Source: Pseudomonadota bacterium (GTDB lineage Bacteria; Pseudomonadota; Gammaproteobacteria; CALCKW01). From it: 64,000 nucleotides of DNA. The first letter of the stretch is position 1; every line of letters begins with the position of its first letter. The notes under the pieces are model-generated. The model saw nothing but the letters and a program-made list of their open reading frames with translations. It did not search any database and was not told where the DNA came from. The DNA is taken from NCBI GenBank assembly GCA_039196715.1, contig JBCCUP010000003.1, positions 34,097-98,096 of the forward strand. Reading direction: 5' to 3'. Position numbers and translations under genes: made by a program. Below are positions 50,009 to 61,004 of this stretch, one piece after another.

Positions 50009-51085
50009 ATGTTCTATCGCGAAGCAGGCGACTTCAAAACGAGCTACGGCGCCGACAACCAGACCTTTCCAATCAGCCAGGACCGCTACGCCTACTGGGC
50101 GCTGATGGCCGTCGCGGTCGCGGTTGTACCCTTCCTGATCAACGACTACTGGGCCAGCGCCGTGCTGGTGCCGTTCCTGATCTACGCCATCGCCTCGATC
50201 GGGCTCAACCTCCTGACCGGCTACTGCGGCCAGGTGTCGCTCGGCACCGGCGGCTTCATGGCGGTGGGCGCGTTCGCGAGCTACAAGCTCATGACGGCCT
50301 TCCCGGGCATGAGCATCGTGCTGATCATCCTGATCTCCGGGTTGATCACGGCCGCGGTCGGCATCCTGTTCGGGTTGCCCTCACTGCGCATCAAGGGGTT
50401 CTACCTCGCGGTGGCTACGCTCGCAGCGCAGTTCTTTCTCGTGTGGTTGTTCAACAAGCAAGCCTGGTTCTACAACTACTCGGCCTCCGGCCAGATCAAC
50501 GCCCCCGAACGCACGGTGTTCGGCGTGGCCGTCACCGGCCCGGCCGCGGAGGCCTGGGCGAAGTACCTCTTCTGCCTGTTCTTCGTGGTGCTGCTCGCCT
50601 GGATGGCGCGCAACCTCACGCGCGGCCGCAGCGGGCGGTCGTGGATGGCCATCCGCGACATGGACATCGCCGCCGAGATCATCGGCGTCAACCCGCTGAA
50701 GACCAAACTCTCGGCCTTCGCGATTTCCTCGTTCTACGTCGGCGTCGCCGGTGCGCTGTTCTTCACCGTGTACCTCGGCGCGGTGGAGGTCGGCGAGGCC
50801 TTCAGCATCACGCAAAGTTTTCTGGTGCTGTTCATGATCATCATCGGCGGCCTGGGATCAATCCTCGGCAGCTTCCTCGGCGCCGCCTTCCTGGTGCTGA
50901 TGCCGGTGTTGCTCAAGAACGTGATGGTCGGCGGCTTCGGCTGGGCGACCGACATCGCAGCCCATTTCGAGTTCATGATTGTCGGCGGGTTGATCGTCGC
51001 CTTTCTGATCCTGGAGCCCCACGGTCTCGCGCAGCTCTGGCGCCTGACCAAGGACAAGCTTCGACTCTGGCCATTCCCGCACTGA
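50009..51085 (+). CDS. Branched-chain-amino-acid-type ABC permease (LivM-like)
   Basis: Polytopic; GLNLLTGYCGQVSLGTGGFMAVGAF is typical of the LivM family. Confidence 0.93.
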   Translation: MFYREAGDFKTSYGADNQTFPISQDRYAYWALMAVAVAVVPFLINDYWASAVLVPFLIYAIASIGLNLLTGYCGQVSLGTGGFMAVGAFASYKLMTAFPGMSIVLIILISGLITAAVGILFGLPSLRIKGFYLAVATLAAQFFLVWLFNKQAWFYNYSASGQINAPERTVFGVAVTGPAAEAWAKYLFCLFFVVLLAWMARNLTRGRSGRSWMAIRDMDIAAEIIGVNPLKTKLSAFAISSFYVGVAGALFFTVYLGAVEVGEAFSITQSFLVLFMIIIGGLGSILGSFLGAAFLVLMPVLLKNVMVGGFGWATDIAAHFEFMIVGGLIVAFLILEPHGLAQLWRLTKDKLRLWPFPH

Positions 51086-51152
51086 CGGGCTGGCCGGAAC
51101 CCCCGTGCGACCCTCGGTTCGGCACGCTTTTCACCCTGATGAGGATGACACA

Positions 51153-52442
51153 ATGAAAATGACCCGACTTGCAACAGTCGCCCTGCTGGGCACACTGGCT
51201 GCTGGACAGGCGGCTGCCGACTTGGTGTTCCCGTCGCTCAGCTACCGCACCGGCCCCTACGCGGCCAACGGCATTCCCTACGCCGACGGCTACGCCGACT
51301 ACTTCACGCTGGTCAACGAGCGCGACGGCGGTGTCGGCGGCGAGATGATCCGTATGGTCGAATGCGAGACCGGCTACAACACCCAGAAGGGCGTTGAGTG
51401 CTACGAGTCGACCAAGGGCGAAGGCGCGCTGGTGTACCAGCCGCTCTCGACCGGCATCACCTACCAGTTGATCCCGAAGGTCAGCGCCGACGGCATCCCG
51501 CTGCACTCGATGGGCTACGGCCGCACCTCGGCCGCCAACGGCTCGATCTTCGAGTGGGTGTTCAACTACCCGGTCAACTACTGGAACGGTGCGTCCATCG
51601 GCGTCAACCACCTGCTCGAGCTGAACAGCAGCGACATCGCGGGCAAGAAAGTCGCGTTGGTCTACCACAACTCGGCCTACGGCAAGGAGCCGATCCGCAC
51701 GCTCGAGGAGCTGTCGAAGAAGCACGGCTTCGACCTGACCCTGATCCCCGTCGATCACCCGGGCCAGGAGCAGAAATCCCAGTGGCTGCAGATTCGCCGT
51801 GAACGCCCCGACTACGTCTTCATGTGGGGCTGGGGCGTGATGAACCAGGTCGCGATTCAGGAAGCCGTCAACATCCGTTTCCCGATGGAAAACTTCATCG
51901 GCATCTGGTGGTCCGGTTCGGAGAACGACGTGATCCCCGCCGGCGGTGGCGCAAACGGCTACAAGGCCCTGACCTTCCACAACCCGGGCTCGGGCGCGCC
52001 GATCTTCGCCGACATCCAGGAGTACGTGGTTGACACGGGCAAGGCGGCCGGCACCGGCGACCAGATCGGCACCGTGTTGTACAACCGTGGTCTCTACGCA
52101 GCCATGCTCGCGGTCGAAGCTGCGCGCACTGCGCAGGAGATCCACGGTGTCTCCGATATCACGCCGGCGATGATGCGCGATGGCATGGAAGCCCTGGTCA
52201 TGGACGAAGCCAAGATGGCCTCGCTCGGCCTGCCGGGCTTCGGACCGGAGTTCTCCGTGTCCTGTGAGAACCACGGCGGCCCGGGCCTCGGCGCGGTGCA
52301 GCAGTGGGATGCCTCTGCCGAGAAGTGGAACATGATCACCGATTTCGGTCCGTCCGACATGGACGTGATCGGTGCGCTGATCGACGAAGACTCGGCCGCT
52401 TACGCAGCCGAGAGCGGCATCACACCGCGCGCGTGCAGCTGA
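51153..52442 (+). CDS. Periplasmic substrate-binding protein (LivK-like, type I PBP)
   Basis: Signal peptide MKMTRLATVALLGTLAAGQAAA. GAGGA lies 7 nt upstream of ATG 51153. Confidence 0.9.
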   Translation: MKMTRLATVALLGTLAAGQAAADLVFPSLSYRTGPYAANGIPYADGYADYFTLVNERDGGVGGEMIRMVECETGYNTQKGVECYESTKGEGALVYQPLSTGITYQLIPKVSADGIPLHSMGYGRTSAANGSIFEWVFNYPVNYWNGASIGVNHLLELNSSDIAGKKVALVYHNSAYGKEPIRTLEELSKKHGFDLTLIPVDHPGQEQKSQWLQIRRERPDYVFMWGWGVMNQVAIQEAVNIRFPMENFIGIWWSGSENDVIPAGGGANGYKALTFHNPGSGAPIFADIQEYVVDTGKAAGTGDQIGTVLYNRGLYAAMLAVEAARTAQEIHGVSDITPAMMRDGMEALVMDEAKMASLGLPGFGPEFSVSCENHGGPGLGAVQQWDASAEKWNMITDFGPSDMDVIGALIDEDSAAYAAESGITPRACS

Positions 52443-52517
52443 CAGCCTGAACGCTGACAGCGGGCCGGCGCGCCGTGTGCGCGCCGGCCACCCCCCACTC
52501 TGAACAAGGTTGCTGAC

Positions 52518-53348
52518 ATGCAGGCGGCTGAAACCGAGCCCACAGCGGAGACGCTGCTCTCGGTCAACAACATCGAAGTCATTTACAACCACGTCATCCT
52601 GGTCCTCAAAGGCGTGAGCCTGAGCGTGCCCAAAGGCGGTATCACTGCCCTGCTCGGCGGCAACGGCGCCGGCAAGACCACCACGCTGAAGTCGATTTCG
52701 ACGCTGTTGCAATCGGAGCGCGGCGAGGTCACCAAAGGCACGATCGAGTACCGTGGCACGTCTGTGGCGGGTCTCAACCCCGCTGACCTGGTGCGCCGGG
52801 GCGTGATCCAGGTGATGGAGGGCCGTCACTGCTTCGAGCACCTCACGGTCGAGGAAAACCTGCTGACCGGTGCGTATACGCGGCGCGACGGCAAGGGCTC
52901 GATCGCCGAGGACCTCGAGATGGTGTACACCTACTTCCCACGCCTGAAGGAGCGTCGGAAATCGCAAGCCGGGTACACATCGGGTGGCGAACAGCAGATG
53001 TGTGCGATCGGACGCGCCCTGATGTCACGCCCCGAGACCGTGCTGCTCGACGAACCCTCGATGGGGCTCGCACCGCAGCTTGTTGAAGAGATCTTCAACA
53101 TCGTCAAGGATCTCAACGAAAAGGAAGGCGTGTCCTTCCTGCTCGCCGAACAGAACACCAACGTCGCGTTGCGCTTTGCGCACTACGGTTACATCCTGGA
53201 ATCGGGTCGCGTCGTGATGGACGGCCCCGCCGCGCAGTTGCGCGAAAACCCGGACGTCAAGGAGTTCTACCTCGGCATGGCCGAGGGCGGACGCAAATCC
53301 TTCCGCGATGTCCGCAGCTACCGTCGCCGCAAGCGCTGGCTGAGCTGA
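52518..53348 (+). CDS. ABC transporter ATP-binding protein (LivF-like)
   Basis: Walker A GGNGAGKTT, signature SGGEQQM and Walker B VLLDEPS. Confidence 0.93.
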   Translation: MQAAETEPTAETLLSVNNIEVIYNHVILVLKGVSLSVPKGGITALLGGNGAGKTTTLKSISTLLQSERGEVTKGTIEYRGTSVAGLNPADLVRRGVIQVMEGRHCFEHLTVEENLLTGAYTRRDGKGSIAEDLEMVYTYFPRLKERRKSQAGYTSGGEQQMCAIGRALMSRPETVLLDEPSMGLAPQLVEEIFNIVKDLNEKEGVSFLLAEQNTNVALRFAHYGYILESGRVVMDGPAAQLRENPDVKEFYLGMAEGGRKSFRDVRSYRRRKRWLS

Positions 53349-54571
53349 TGAGCTATTTCGACGACCTCGAGACACGCAGTGTCGACGAGCGTGAGCGCGC
53401 GCTGAAACTGGATTTGCCCAACCAGGTCGCACGGGCGCAGGCCACCACCGGCGGTATGGCCCAGCTGGCCGGGGTCGACGCCGACCTGATTTCGACTCGC
53501 GACGAACTGGCCACCCTGCCGGTGCTGCGCAAGTCCGTGCTGGTCGCCGCCCAGGAGCTCGACCCACCCTTCGGCGGTTTCAGCTCACTGCCCGTGTCGC
53601 ACTACACCAACGTGTACCAGAGCCCCGGGCCGATCTACGAACCCGGCATGGACAGCCCGGACTGGTGGCGCCTGGGCCGGTTCCTGCACGCGAGCGGCAT
53701 CGGCCGCGGCGATGTCGTGCAGAACTGCTTTTCCTACCATTTGACACCGGCTGGCATGATGTTCGAGTCGGCCGCGCGTGCCGTGTCCGCTGCGGTGCTG
53801 CCGGCCGGCGTCGGCCAGACCGAATTGCAAGTCCAGGCCGCCGCACGCATCGGCATCACCGCCTACGCCGGCACACCGGACTACCTCAAGGTCATTCTCG
53901 AGGCCGCTGACGCGTCCGGGCACGACCTCAGTCGCATCGGCAAGGCCACGGTCGGCGGCGGTGCGTTGTTTCCGAGCTTGCGCGACTACTACACCGACCG
54001 GGGCATCACCTGCCGCCAGTGCTACGCCACGGCAGACCTCGGCAACATTGCCTACGAATCCGACGCGCTCGACGGCATGATCATCGACGAGGGTGTGATT
54101 GTTGAAATTGTCAGGCCCGGCACCGGTGACCCGGTCCCCGACGGCGAGGTCGGCGAAGTCATCGTCACCACGCTGAACGCCGACTACCCCCTTGTGCGCT
54201 TCGCCACCGGCGACCTCTCCGCCTTCATGCCGGGTATCAGCCCGTGCGGGCGCACCAACCGTCGCATCAAGGGCTGGATGGGCCGAGCCGACCAGACGAC
54301 GAAGATCAAGGGCATGTTCGTGCGACCGGAACAGGTCGCCAGTCTGATCAAGGCCTGTCCCGACGTCTCGAAGGTGCGCGTCACGGTGACCCGGGAAAAC
54401 GAGCAAGACGCCATGAGCGTGCAGTTCGAAGGTCCCGACCAGGACCTCGGCACCCTGCAGAACGCGGTTAAGGCGCATCTCAAGTTGCTCGCTGAGGTGT
54501 CACTGTGCGCGCCGGGCAGCTTGCCGAACGACGGCAAGGTCATCGACGATCAACGGCACTACGATTCCTGA
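53348..54571 (+). CDS. Phenylacetate-CoA-ligase-like adenylate-forming enzyme (PaaK / F390 synthetase family)
   Basis: 407 aa; size and layout are PaaK-like (..YHLTPAG......A......G.G..........AY.GTP.Y...). The start shares one base with the LivF-like stop (TGATG). Confidence 0.8.
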   Translation: MSYFDDLETRSVDERERALKLDLPNQVARAQATTGGMAQLAGVDADLISTRDELATLPVLRKSVLVAAQELDPPFGGFSSLPVSHYTNVYQSPGPIYEPGMDSPDWWRLGRFLHASGIGRGDVVQNCFSYHLTPAGMMFESAARAVSAAVLPAGVGQTELQVQAAARIGITAYAGTPDYLKVILEAADASGHDLSRIGKATVGGGALFPSLRDYYTDRGITCRQCYATADLGNIAYESDALDGMIIDEGVIVEIVRPGTGDPVPDGEVGEVIVTTLNADYPLVRFATGDLSAFMPGISPCGRTNRRIKGWMGRADQTTKIKGMFVRPEQVASLIKACPDVSKVRVTVTRENEQDAMSVQFEGPDQDLGTLQNAVKAHLKLLAEVSLCAPGSLPNDGKVIDDQRHYDS

Positions 54572-54607
54572 GCGGCCGGTCCGAACCGCCGGAGCGCGGA
54601 CCGCCGC
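54572..54607 (+). terminator. GC-rich hairpin immediately after the ABC/ligase operon (no U-tract)
   Basis: gcggccggtccg-13 nt-cggaccgccgc, 11 bp with one bulge, starting 1 nt after the stop codon. Confidence 0.3.
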
Positions 54608-54696
54608 ACCGCGGTCAGCGCGGCGACGCGTGACGGTGAATCGGGCCGCGTACCGCAACAGGTCGTACACTGGGCGCACCAGCACGAGGTAGACGA

Positions 54697-56394
54697 ATGA
54701 GCGGTGACACGATCGCAGTGGACAGGGCGCGTTGGGAGGCCGAGGTGGCTCGCGTGGCGCGGGGCACGCCCATCGACGCCCTGCTGAATCGCCGGTTTCC
54801 GGGGGCCGTCTCGGTACCCTGTCTGCACACACCAACCGCGCGACCGAACGACATGCCCGGCGCCGGAGACCGGCGACGCGGGTTCAGCGCGACCACGGCA
54901 CCGTGGTTGATCGGTCAGTTCTGGCCGTCCGACCCGCGCGTTGCCGCTGACGCGGTTGCCGCCGAAGCCACGCAAGGCGTTCAGGCCTGGCAACTGCCCG
55001 CGGACGGCTTCGACGCAGACTGCATCGCGGCGTGCGTCCGCGCAGTCGGCAGCAGCGCCGCCATCGACCTCGGTGGATCAGCGGCGCAGGCGCACGCGGC
55101 AATCGACGCTGCGCCCGACACCTGCATCAATGCAAACATCGACTGTTTTGCGCGCGCACTCGACACCGGCGTCCTGGCCGACGCCGCCGACGTTGAGGCG
55201 CTGCTCGGCGAGCTCGTCGGTCGGTACCGCACACCGCTCGGACACCGCCTGGTGTCTTGTGACGGTGCGCGTTACCACGCGTCGGGCGCGTCGGACACAA
55301 CAGAGCTCGCCGTGATGTTCGCGACCTTCGTGGCCTGGCTGCGGCATTTCGACGCACTGGGCCACAGCGTGCCCGACGCGGCCGCCCTGACGGTGCTCCG
55401 ACCGGCCGTCACCGTGTCCGTGGTGCCCACCCTGGCGAAACTGCGCGCCTTGCGGGCCGGCCTGAGTGCGATATGCCACCACTGCGGCGCGGCGGACGCG
55501 GTGGAGCGCCTGCGAATTCACGCGCTGCCCGCCAGCCGCGAGCTGTCGCGCACCGGCCCGTGGGTGAACAGCCTGCGCTCGTCGGCGATGGTGTTGGGCG
55601 CGGCGCTCGGTGGCGCGGACACCGTCTTCTCGGCCACCCACGACGGCACCGACACGGCCGCCGCGCGACGGCTGTCGCGCAACACCCAGTTGGTGCTGCA
55701 GCACGAGAGCCGACTCGCGGACGTGCAGGACCCCGCCGGCGGCAGCGGGCAGATCGAAGCCCACACCGACGCGCTGTTGGCACAGGCGTGGCAGCAGTTT
55801 CAGGACATCGAAACCGCCGGTGGGATGGCTGCCGTGCTGCGCACGGGCGAACTCGCCGCGACCCTGCAGCGCGAAGCCGGGGCGCTGCTGAACGACGTCC
55901 GGCACCGGCGCCGCGCGATCACCGGCGTCAGTCTGCACCCCGATCCGGAGGGACCGGCACAGGCACCCGAGGACGCCGACAGCGACGGTCTGCGCTGTCC
56001 AACGCTGCGGGCCTCGGACCCCTTCGACCGGCTCAGAGCCCGAGCGCAGGACGCACCGGTGCACGCCACCGTTGTCACGCTGAGCGACGCGCCACTCGCA
56101 CAGGCGCGCGCCACCTTCTGTCTCAACCTGCTCGGCGCGGGCGGTATCGACACCACCACCAGCGCACAGCCGAGCGCCGTGCTGGTGTGCGGCACCGACG
56201 ACGACTACGCGCAGCTCGACAGCGCCGCCCTGGCCAGGTTGACACCGGCCACGGAGACGCCGGTCTACGTGGCCGGTGGCAGCACCGACGCCCGCGCCCA
56301 CCTTGCAACACTCGCCGTCACCGGCCACATCAGCGCGGGCGACGACGTCATCGCCTTCCTCGACGCGCTGCACACCGGAGACGCCCGCGCGTGA
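54697..56394 (+). CDS. mutA: Methylmalonyl-CoA mutase small (beta, non-catalytic) subunit
   Basis: MutA-like blocks (..[51 protein letters not shown]) without a DxHxxG B12 motif. GTGA overlap with mutB. Confidence 0.8.
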   Translation: MSGDTIAVDRARWEAEVARVARGTPIDALLNRRFPGAVSVPCLHTPTARPNDMPGAGDRRRGFSATTAPWLIGQFWPSDPRVAADAVAAEATQGVQAWQLPADGFDADCIAACVRAVGSSAAIDLGGSAAQAHAAIDAAPDTCINANIDCFARALDTGVLADAADVEALLGELVGRYRTPLGHRLVSCDGARYHASGASDTTELAVMFATFVAWLRHFDALGHSVPDAAALTVLRPAVTVSVVPTLAKLRALRAGLSAICHHCGAADAVERLRIHALPASRELSRTGPWVNSLRSSAMVLGAALGGADTVFSATHDGTDTAAARRLSRNTQLVLQHESRLADVQDPAGGSGQIEAHTDALLAQAWQQFQDIETAGGMAAVLRTGELAATLQREAGALLNDVRHRRRAITGVSLHPDPEGPAQAPEDADSDGLRCPTLRASDPFDRLRARAQDAPVHATVVTLSDAPLAQARATFCLNLLGAGGIDTTTSAQPSAVLVCGTDDDYAQLDSAALARLTPATETPVYVAGGSTDARAHLATLAVTGHISAGDDVIAFLDALHTGDARA

Positions 56395-58535
56395 TCCCGA
56401 ATTTCAGCCAGTTGCCCCTCACCACCGCGCCAGCGCCGTCGGCCACCGCACCGCGCTCCACGGCCTTCCAGAGTCCCGAGGGGATCGACATCGCGTCGCG
56501 GTACGACACCGCCGACAGCGCGTCGCTCGGTGCCGCGCAGACGTTTCCCGGGCTGGCGCCTTACCTGCGTGGCCCCTACCCGACGATGTACGCCCAGCGT
56601 CCGTGGACGGTTCGGCAGTACGCCGGCTTTTCGACCGCAGCGGAGAGCAATGCGTTCTACCGCCGCAACCTCGCCGCCGGACAGAAAGGCCTGTCGGTCG
56701 CCTTTGATCTCGCGACACACCGCGGCTACGACTCCGACCACCCGCGCGTTGTCGGCGACGTGGGCATGGCCGGTGTTGCCATCGACTCGATCCTCGACAT
56801 GCGCGCCCTGTTCGACGGCATCCCGCTCGACAGGATGAGCGTGTCGATGACGATGAACGGCGCGGTGCTGCCGGTTCTCGCGCTGTTCATCGTCGCGGGC
56901 GAGGAACAGGGGGTACCGCACGCGGCGCTCAGTGGCACGATCCAGAACGACATCCTCAAGGAGTTCATGGTTCGCAACACCTACATCTACCCGCCCGGAC
57001 CGTCGATGCGGATCATCGCGGACATCTTTGCCTACACCTCCGAAGAGATGCCGAAGTTCAACAGCATCTCGATATCCGGCTATCACATGCAAGAGGCCGG
57101 CGCGACGGCCGACCTCGAACTCGCCTACACCCTCGCCGACGGCATCGAATACCTCCGGACCGGCATCGCAGCGGGCCTCGACGTGGATGCGTTCGCGCCA
57201 CGCTTGTCGTTTTTCTGGGCCATCGGCATGAACTACTTCATGGAGATTGCCAAGATGCGCGCCGCGCGCCTCCTGTGGCACGAATTGCTCCAGCCGTTCG
57301 CGCCCAAGAACCCGAAATCGGCCATGTTACGCACCCACTGCCAGACCTCCGGGTGGAGCCTGACCGCACAGGACGTCAACAACAACATTGTGCGCACTGC
57401 GGTGGAGGCGATGGCAGCGACGCACGGGGGCACGCAATCGCTGCACACCAACTCGCTCGACGAGGCCCTGGCACTGCCCACCGATTTCTCGGCCCGCATC
57501 GCCCGCGACACCCAGTTGTTTCTGCAGCAGGAGGCTGGCCTGGGCGACAGTATCGACCCCTGGGGCGGCAGCCACTACGTCGAGAAGCTCACGGCCGACC
57601 TCGCGGACAAGGCGCGACAGCACATCGCCGAAGTCGAGGCCGAGGGCGGCATGGCGCGCGCGATCGAACGCGGCATACCGAAGATGCGCATCGAGGCCGC
57701 GGCGGCACGCACGCAGGCACGCATCGACGGCGGCGACCAGACTGTGGTCGGGGTCAACCGCTACCGCGTTCAGGACGACGATGTGCCAGAGGTGCGCGTG
57801 GTCGACAATGCCAAGGTGCGTGCAGAGCAGCTGGCCAAACTCGACACGCTGCGACGCGAGCGCGATGACGACCGCGTGCACCGGGTGCTGAGAGCACTCA
57901 CGGACGGCGCTCAGGCGAGTGGCAACCTGCTCGCGTTGAGCGTGGACGCCGCGCGCGCGGGCGCAACCGTTGGCGAGATGTCGACCGCCATGGAGAACGC
58001 CTTCGGCCGCCACGTTGCCGAGATTCGCAGCGTTCAGGGCGTCTACAAAAAGACGCTGGGGGAGGACAGCGACATGCTCGAAAACAGTGCTGCACGCATC
58101 CGCGCGTTCGCCGACGCCGAAGGGCGTCAACCGCGCATCCTGATCGCAAAGATGGGCCAGGACGGTCACGACCGCGGGCAGAAAGTGATTGCAAGCGCCT
58201 TCGCCGACCTCGGTTTCGATGTCGACATCGGCCCGCTCTTTCAGACACCGGACGAGGCGGCGCGGCAGGCGGTCGAGAACGACGTCCACGCCGTCGGTGC
58301 AAGTTCACTGGCCGCCGGCCACCTCACGTTGGTGCCAGCCTTGCGCAAAGCGCTCGATGCCGAGGGCCGGCCGGATATCCTGATCGTGGTCGGCGGGGTG
58401 GTGCCGCCCCAGGATGTCCCGGCGCTGCTGGAGGCCGGGGCGAGCGCGGTGTACCCGCCCGGTACCGTGATCGCCGACGCCGCGTCGGATCTCGTCGACG
58501 CCATCGCCAGGGCACGCGGCCACTCGCAGCCGTGA
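56391..58535 (+). CDS. mutB: Methylmalonyl-CoA mutase large (alpha, catalytic) subunit
   Basis: [30 protein letters not shown].....[19 protein letters not shown] and the B12 motif [11 protein letters not shown] at 56391; the first 306 codons of the 1020-aa track ORF are an out-of-frame read across mutA. Confidence 0.96.
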   Translation: MIPNFSQLPLTTAPAPSATAPRSTAFQSPEGIDIASRYDTADSASLGAAQTFPGLAPYLRGPYPTMYAQRPWTVRQYAGFSTAAESNAFYRRNLAAGQKGLSVAFDLATHRGYDSDHPRVVGDVGMAGVAIDSILDMRALFDGIPLDRMSVSMTMNGAVLPVLALFIVAGEEQGVPHAALSGTIQNDILKEFMVRNTYIYPPGPSMRIIADIFAYTSEEMPKFNSISISGYHMQEAGATADLELAYTLADGIEYLRTGIAAGLDVDAFAPRLSFFWAIGMNYFMEIAKMRAARLLWHELLQPFAPKNPKSAMLRTHCQTSGWSLTAQDVNNNIVRTAVEAMAATHGGTQSLHTNSLDEALALPTDFSARIARDTQLFLQQEAGLGDSIDPWGGSHYVEKLTADLADKARQHIAEVEAEGGMARAIERGIPKMRIEAAAARTQARIDGGDQTVVGVNRYRVQDDDVPEVRVVDNAKVRAEQLAKLDTLRRERDDDRVHRVLRALTDGAQASGNLLALSVDAARAGATVGEMSTAMENAFGRHVAEIRSVQGVYKKTLGEDSDMLENSAARIRAFADAEGRQPRILIAKMGQDGHDRGQKVIASAFADLGFDVDIGPLFQTPDEAARQAVENDVHAVGASSLAAGHLTLVPALRKALDAEGRPDILIVVGGVVPPQDVPALLEAGASAVYPPGTVIADAASDLVDAIARARGHSQP

Positions 58536-59518
58536 GCGCCGCTGCCACACTCGACACGCAGGCCTTCGTCGACGGCGTGTTGGCTGGCAACCGCGGGGTG
58601 TTGGCACGCGCGATCACCCTCATCGAATCGCGCAACCCACATCACCGCGACCAGGCCGCCGAGGTGCTCGAGCAGGTTCTTCCGCACACCGGTGGCGCCC
58701 GACGAGTGGGACTGTCGGGTGTGCCGGGGGTCGGCAAGAGCAGCCTGATCGAATCCCTCGGCACCGCGCTCTGCGACGCCGGAGAGCGTGTGTCGGTGCT
58801 CGCGGTCGACCCGTCCAGCCAACGCACGGGCGGTAGCATCCTCGGTGACAAGACCCGGATGCCCCGGCTCACGGTGCACCCGAACGCATTCATCCGGCCG
58901 TCGCCGGCCGGCGAGCAACTCGGCGGCGTCGCGGCCGCCACCGCCGACACGATCAGCCTGGTCGAGGCTGCCGGTTTCTCGACCGTGATCGTCGAAACAG
59001 TTGGCGTGGGCCAGTCCGAGACGCTGGTCAGTGCCATGACCGACTGCTTTCTCGTGCTGATGCTGCCCGGCGCCGGCGACGAGCTGCAGGGTATCAAGAA
59101 AGGCATTGTCGAGCTCGCCGACATTGTCGCCGTGAACAAGGCCGACGGCGACACCGCCATTGCCGCGGCACACGCGGCGCGTGACTACGAGGCGGCGTTG
59201 CGGACATTACAGCAACGCGACGCGCACTGGCCCGTGCCAGTCATCACCTGTTCGGCCACCCAGGCCGGCGGGGCCGACCCGGTCCACGCCCAACTCGACG
59301 CCTACTTTCAGGCCGCCCACGGCGCCGGCGCGATCGAGGCGCGGCGCGCCCGACAACGCGTGACCTGGTTGTGGCAGCAGCTCGATGCGGCCATGCGGGC
59401 GCGCGCCCGAGCACGTGGCACAACGGCGATCGACGACATCGAGCGCGCCGTGGCCTCGGGCGCACTCAGCACGCGCACGGGCGCCGCGCGCCTGCTCACG
59501 GCGCTATTCGGTGACTGA
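58532..59518 (+). CDS. meaB: Methylmalonyl-CoA mutase-associated GTPase MeaB (ArgK family)
   Basis: P-loop [18 protein letters not shown] and VNKADGD. Confidence 0.93.
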   Translation: MSAAATLDTQAFVDGVLAGNRGVLARAITLIESRNPHHRDQAAEVLEQVLPHTGGARRVGLSGVPGVGKSSLIESLGTALCDAGERVSVLAVDPSSQRTGGSILGDKTRMPRLTVHPNAFIRPSPAGEQLGGVAAATADTISLVEAAGFSTVIVETVGVGQSETLVSAMTDCFLVLMLPGAGDELQGIKKGIVELADIVAVNKADGDTAIAAAHAARDYEAALRTLQQRDAHWPVPVITCSATQAGGADPVHAQLDAYFQAAHGAGAIEARRARQRVTWLWQQLDAAMRARARARGTTAIDDIERAVASGALSTRTGAARLLTALFGD

Positions 59519-59944
59519 GTCGCCCGCGTCATCGATCAGGCGTTTGCCCATGCTGATGGCAGCATCGGTCTGAAAACCCAGGCGTCGGTAAAACTCGATC
59601 GCCCGCGTGTTGCTCTCTCGGATTTGCAGGTTGAGCTTCGGGCAGCCGACGTCGGTCAGCACGCGCTCGGCGTGCGCCACCAGCGCGCGGCCAATGCCGC
59701 CTCCCTGGTGTGTCGGGTCCACCGCAAGGTAATTGATCCAGCCACGGTGGCCGTCGTAGCCAATCATCGCGCTGCCAACCAGCCCGCCCTCGGCGCTGAG
59801 GGCAACGACAAACCAGTCCGCCTGGACCGCAGCCTTGCGGGCAATGTCGCGCACCGGATCGTTCCAGGGGCGGGTCAAGCCGCAGCGTTGCCACAGGGCA
59901 ATCACATGAGCCTGATCGCGGTCTTCGAAGGGTCGGATGTGCAT
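59504..59944 (-). CDS. GNAT family N-acetyltransferase
   Basis: MHIRPFEDRD......W......Y.AV.P..QGGGIGRALV......L...GC.K..L.....N..A..FY..LGF. ATG at 59944; the upstream 213 codons of the track ORF are rejected. Confidence 0.85.
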   Translation of the reverse strand: MHIRPFEDRDQAHVIALWQRCGLTRPWNDPVRDIARKAAVQADWFVVALSAEGGLVGSAMIGYDGHRGWINYLAVDPTHQGGGIGRALVAHAERVLTDVGCPKLNLQIRESNTRAIEFYRRLGFQTDAAISMGKRLIDDAGDSVTE

Positions 59945-60103
59945 GGGCCGTCGCCTGTCTGCGGTGTGCCTCCAGTGTACTGATCCGCGGCCGGTGGTGC
60001 CGTGGCACGGCAGCGCAGTGGCGCTTGCGCACCCGATTTCAGAGGACAACCTTTTATACTCAGTGCCTCGCACCCCGGTTTTACCCCCCACCGAGCACAC
60101 ACG

Positions 60104-60958
60104 ATGTCCGCTGACACCCTGTCGAGCACCAATTTCAAACGCCTGCAACGGCGCCTGGAACGCGACACCGGTCGCGCGATCAGCGATTTCAACATGATCG
60201 AAAACGGCGACCGCGTGTTGGTGTGCCTCAGCGGTGGCAAGGACAGCTACACGATGCTCGACCTGCTCGAGCGCCTGCGCAAGCGCGCACCGGTCGATTT
60301 CGAGCTGATCGCCATGAACCTCGATCAGCGCCAGCCGGGCTTCCCGGTCGACGTGCTGCCGACGTGGCTGACCGGCGAAGGCTACACCTTCCACATCGAG
60401 ACCGAGGACACCTACAGCATCGTCACCGAGAAGATCGAGCCCGGCAAGACCACCTGCTCGCTCTGCTCCCGCCTGCGCCGGGGCATCATCTACCGCGTGG
60501 CCGACGAACTCGGCGCCAACAAGATCGCACTCGGGCACCACCGCGAAGACCTGCTGGAGACCTTCTTCCTGAACCTCTTCCACGGCGGCCGGTTAAAAGC
60601 GATGCCGCCCAAGTTGCTCTCGGACAACAAACGGCACACCGTGATCCGGCCGCTCGCCTACATGGCCGAGGCCGACATCGCCCGCTACGCCCGCGCGCGC
60701 GCGTTTCCGATCATCCCGTGCAACCTGTGTGGCAGCCAGGACAACCTCCAGCGCGTGGCCATCAAGGCGATGCTGCAGCGTTGGGAGCAGGCCAGCCCCG
60801 GGCGCCTGGCCACCATGTTCACGGCCCTGCAAACGGTCGTGCCCTCGCACCTGGCCGACACCGACCTGTTCGACTTTCACACGCTCGCCTCGGCGGCCAC
60901 GCTGAACGAGCTGGACACGGTGCTGGACACGGAATCCGTTGTGGCGCTGAGGCGCTGA
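60104..60958 (+). CDS. ttcA: tRNA 2-thiocytidine(32) synthetase
   Basis: [41 protein letters not shown] (PP-loop) and the CSLCSR/CNLCGSQ cysteine motifs. Confidence 0.93.
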   Translation: MSADTLSSTNFKRLQRRLERDTGRAISDFNMIENGDRVLVCLSGGKDSYTMLDLLERLRKRAPVDFELIAMNLDQRQPGFPVDVLPTWLTGEGYTFHIETEDTYSIVTEKIEPGKTTCSLCSRLRRGIIYRVADELGANKIALGHHREDLLETFFLNLFHGGRLKAMPPKLLSDNKRHTVIRPLAYMAEADIARYARARAFPIIPCNLCGSQDNLQRVAIKAMLQRWEQASPGRLATMFTALQTVVPSHLADTDLFDFHTLASAATLNELDTVLDTESVVALRR

Positions 60959-61004
60959 GCGGGCGAGCCGCGCCGGCGTCCCCGCCAGGAGAGCCCCACT
61001 GACC

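Noticed and set aside
50973-52967. 664-aa minus-strand ORF opposite the substrate-binding protein and LivF-like genes
   Set aside because: Antisense shadow spanning two well-supported plus-strand genes.
55473-56390. 306-codon N-terminal extension making a 1020-aa mutB ORF
   Set aside because: It is an out-of-frame read across mutA (Arg/Pro/Gly-rich). MutB similarity begins at the GTG at 56391, which overlaps the mutA stop.
54697-59518. mutA-mutB-meaB, together with pccA-mce at the window start, as a possibly unusual split pathway
   Set aside because: This is the standard methylmalonyl-CoA pathway gene content. Separation into two loci is common and not noteworthy in itself.
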